The notes beneath the pieces were generated by a model. The model did no database searches, was not told where the DNA came from, and saw only the letters and a program-made list of their open reading frames with translations. Both the position numbers and the translations under genes were made by a program. A DNA stretch of 64,000 nt from Podarcis cretensis (Eukaryota): NCBI GenBank assembly GCA_951804945.1, contig OX638155.1:49228001-49292000 (forward strand), read 5' to 3'. Shown in pieces: positions 63,151 to 64,000 of this stretch. The stretch's first letter is position 1. Every line of letters starts with the position of its first letter.

Positions 63151-63378
63151 CAGTGGTACCTCGGGTTAAGCACTTAATTCATTCCGGAGGTCCGTTCTTA
63201 ACCTGAAACTGTTCTTAACCTGAGGTACCACTTTAGCTAATGGGGCCTCCTGCTGCCGCCCGATTTCTGTTCTCATCCTGAAGCAAAGTTCTTAACCTGA
63301 GGTACTATTTCTGGGTTAGTGGAGTCTGCAACCTGAAGCGCCTGTAATCTGAAGCATCTGTAACTCGAGGTACCACTG
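63151..63378. mobile_element. Tigger/pogo-like MITE, same family as 61066 in opposite orientation
   Basis: TIRs CAGTGGTACCTCGGGTTA / TAACTCGAGGTACCACTG, TA TSD; interior is the reverse complement of the 61066 copy. Confidence 0.92.
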
Positions 63379-64000
63379 TATTTTAAAAGACCAGAGCAAA
63401 TCTTAGATGCACAGCTGCCAAACCCAAATCACAGAATTTCAGTACTTTTATTTCAAACCCAGGTTTGCTCCAACTATTCAAAGGCACGAGAAACCTCTGG
63501 AGAGAAGGGGGAATTGTTGTTTGGTTTGGTTTGGTTCTTGTTCTTGTTTTTATTATGTCTTTTGTGTTTTTAATCTTGTATTTTCATGCCGTGGACTGCC
63601 CTGAGATCTATGGATAAAGGGCTGTATACAAATTTAATCAATCAATCAAACAAACAAACAAACCCCAAGCCAATCGCACAGCTGAGTTTGTATTTTCTCT
63701 GCCACAGGGGGACCTGACTTGCCTCTCATACACAATGCTCCTTACCTAGACTAGAGAGCCAGAGGGTAGTCAATGTCTGCCATCACCATGCAGTGACTGG
63801 ATGGTGACCTTACTGACAGCAGAGGCAGGCAGCAGCACTCTGTAAGCATGTTGCTGGCTGGAAATCTTACATTTCAGAGCATCTTACATGAGCATGGGTT
63901 GATGATATTATCAGCCAATGCTGGAAACTGATCGCTGTTCATCATCATCAGCACTGCCTGTGTTGCACCTCCTTCCTCTTGCCCCTTGGCTGCCGCTCAC

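Noticed and set aside
62707-63177. 156-aa plus-strand ORF
   Set aside because: Largely antisense CR1 sequence ending inside a MITE.

Overview
Vertebrate genomic DNA, about 40% GC by eye and CpG-depleted, from a squamate reptile (probably a lacertid lizard), judged by five Sauria/Squam1 SINE copies with (ACCTTT)n tails. I recognise no host protein-coding gene. The window reads as a large intron or gene desert with one 306-N assembly gap (14782-15087). The only confident protein homology is retroelement-derived: a 5'-truncated, disrupted L2-clade LINE (34941-37182) and an RTE-clade 3' end with a 9-bp target-site duplication (38110-38483). The rest is older L2/CR1 fragments, several tRNA-derived SINE families, a 5S-rRNA-derived SINE, Tigger/pogo-like, hAT-like and Harbinger-like MITEs, LTR-like remnants and microsatellites. 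Several repeat-free blocks rich in transcription-factor motifs look like conserved non-coding elements. Best leads: (i) a composite MITE that captured an L2 3' tail and appears to have amplified as a unit (3 copies); (ii) SINEs with different tRNA heads on one CR1-type tail, plus a 5S-headed SINE; (iii) an apparently exact 353-bp tandem duplication with 4-bp microhomology; (iv) an inverted MITE pair bracketing a CpG-retaining block; (v) a speculative phase-compatible minus-strand exon chain. I found no convincing novel multi-gene system. Family names come from motif recognition, not database searches, and boundaries of old elements are approximate.
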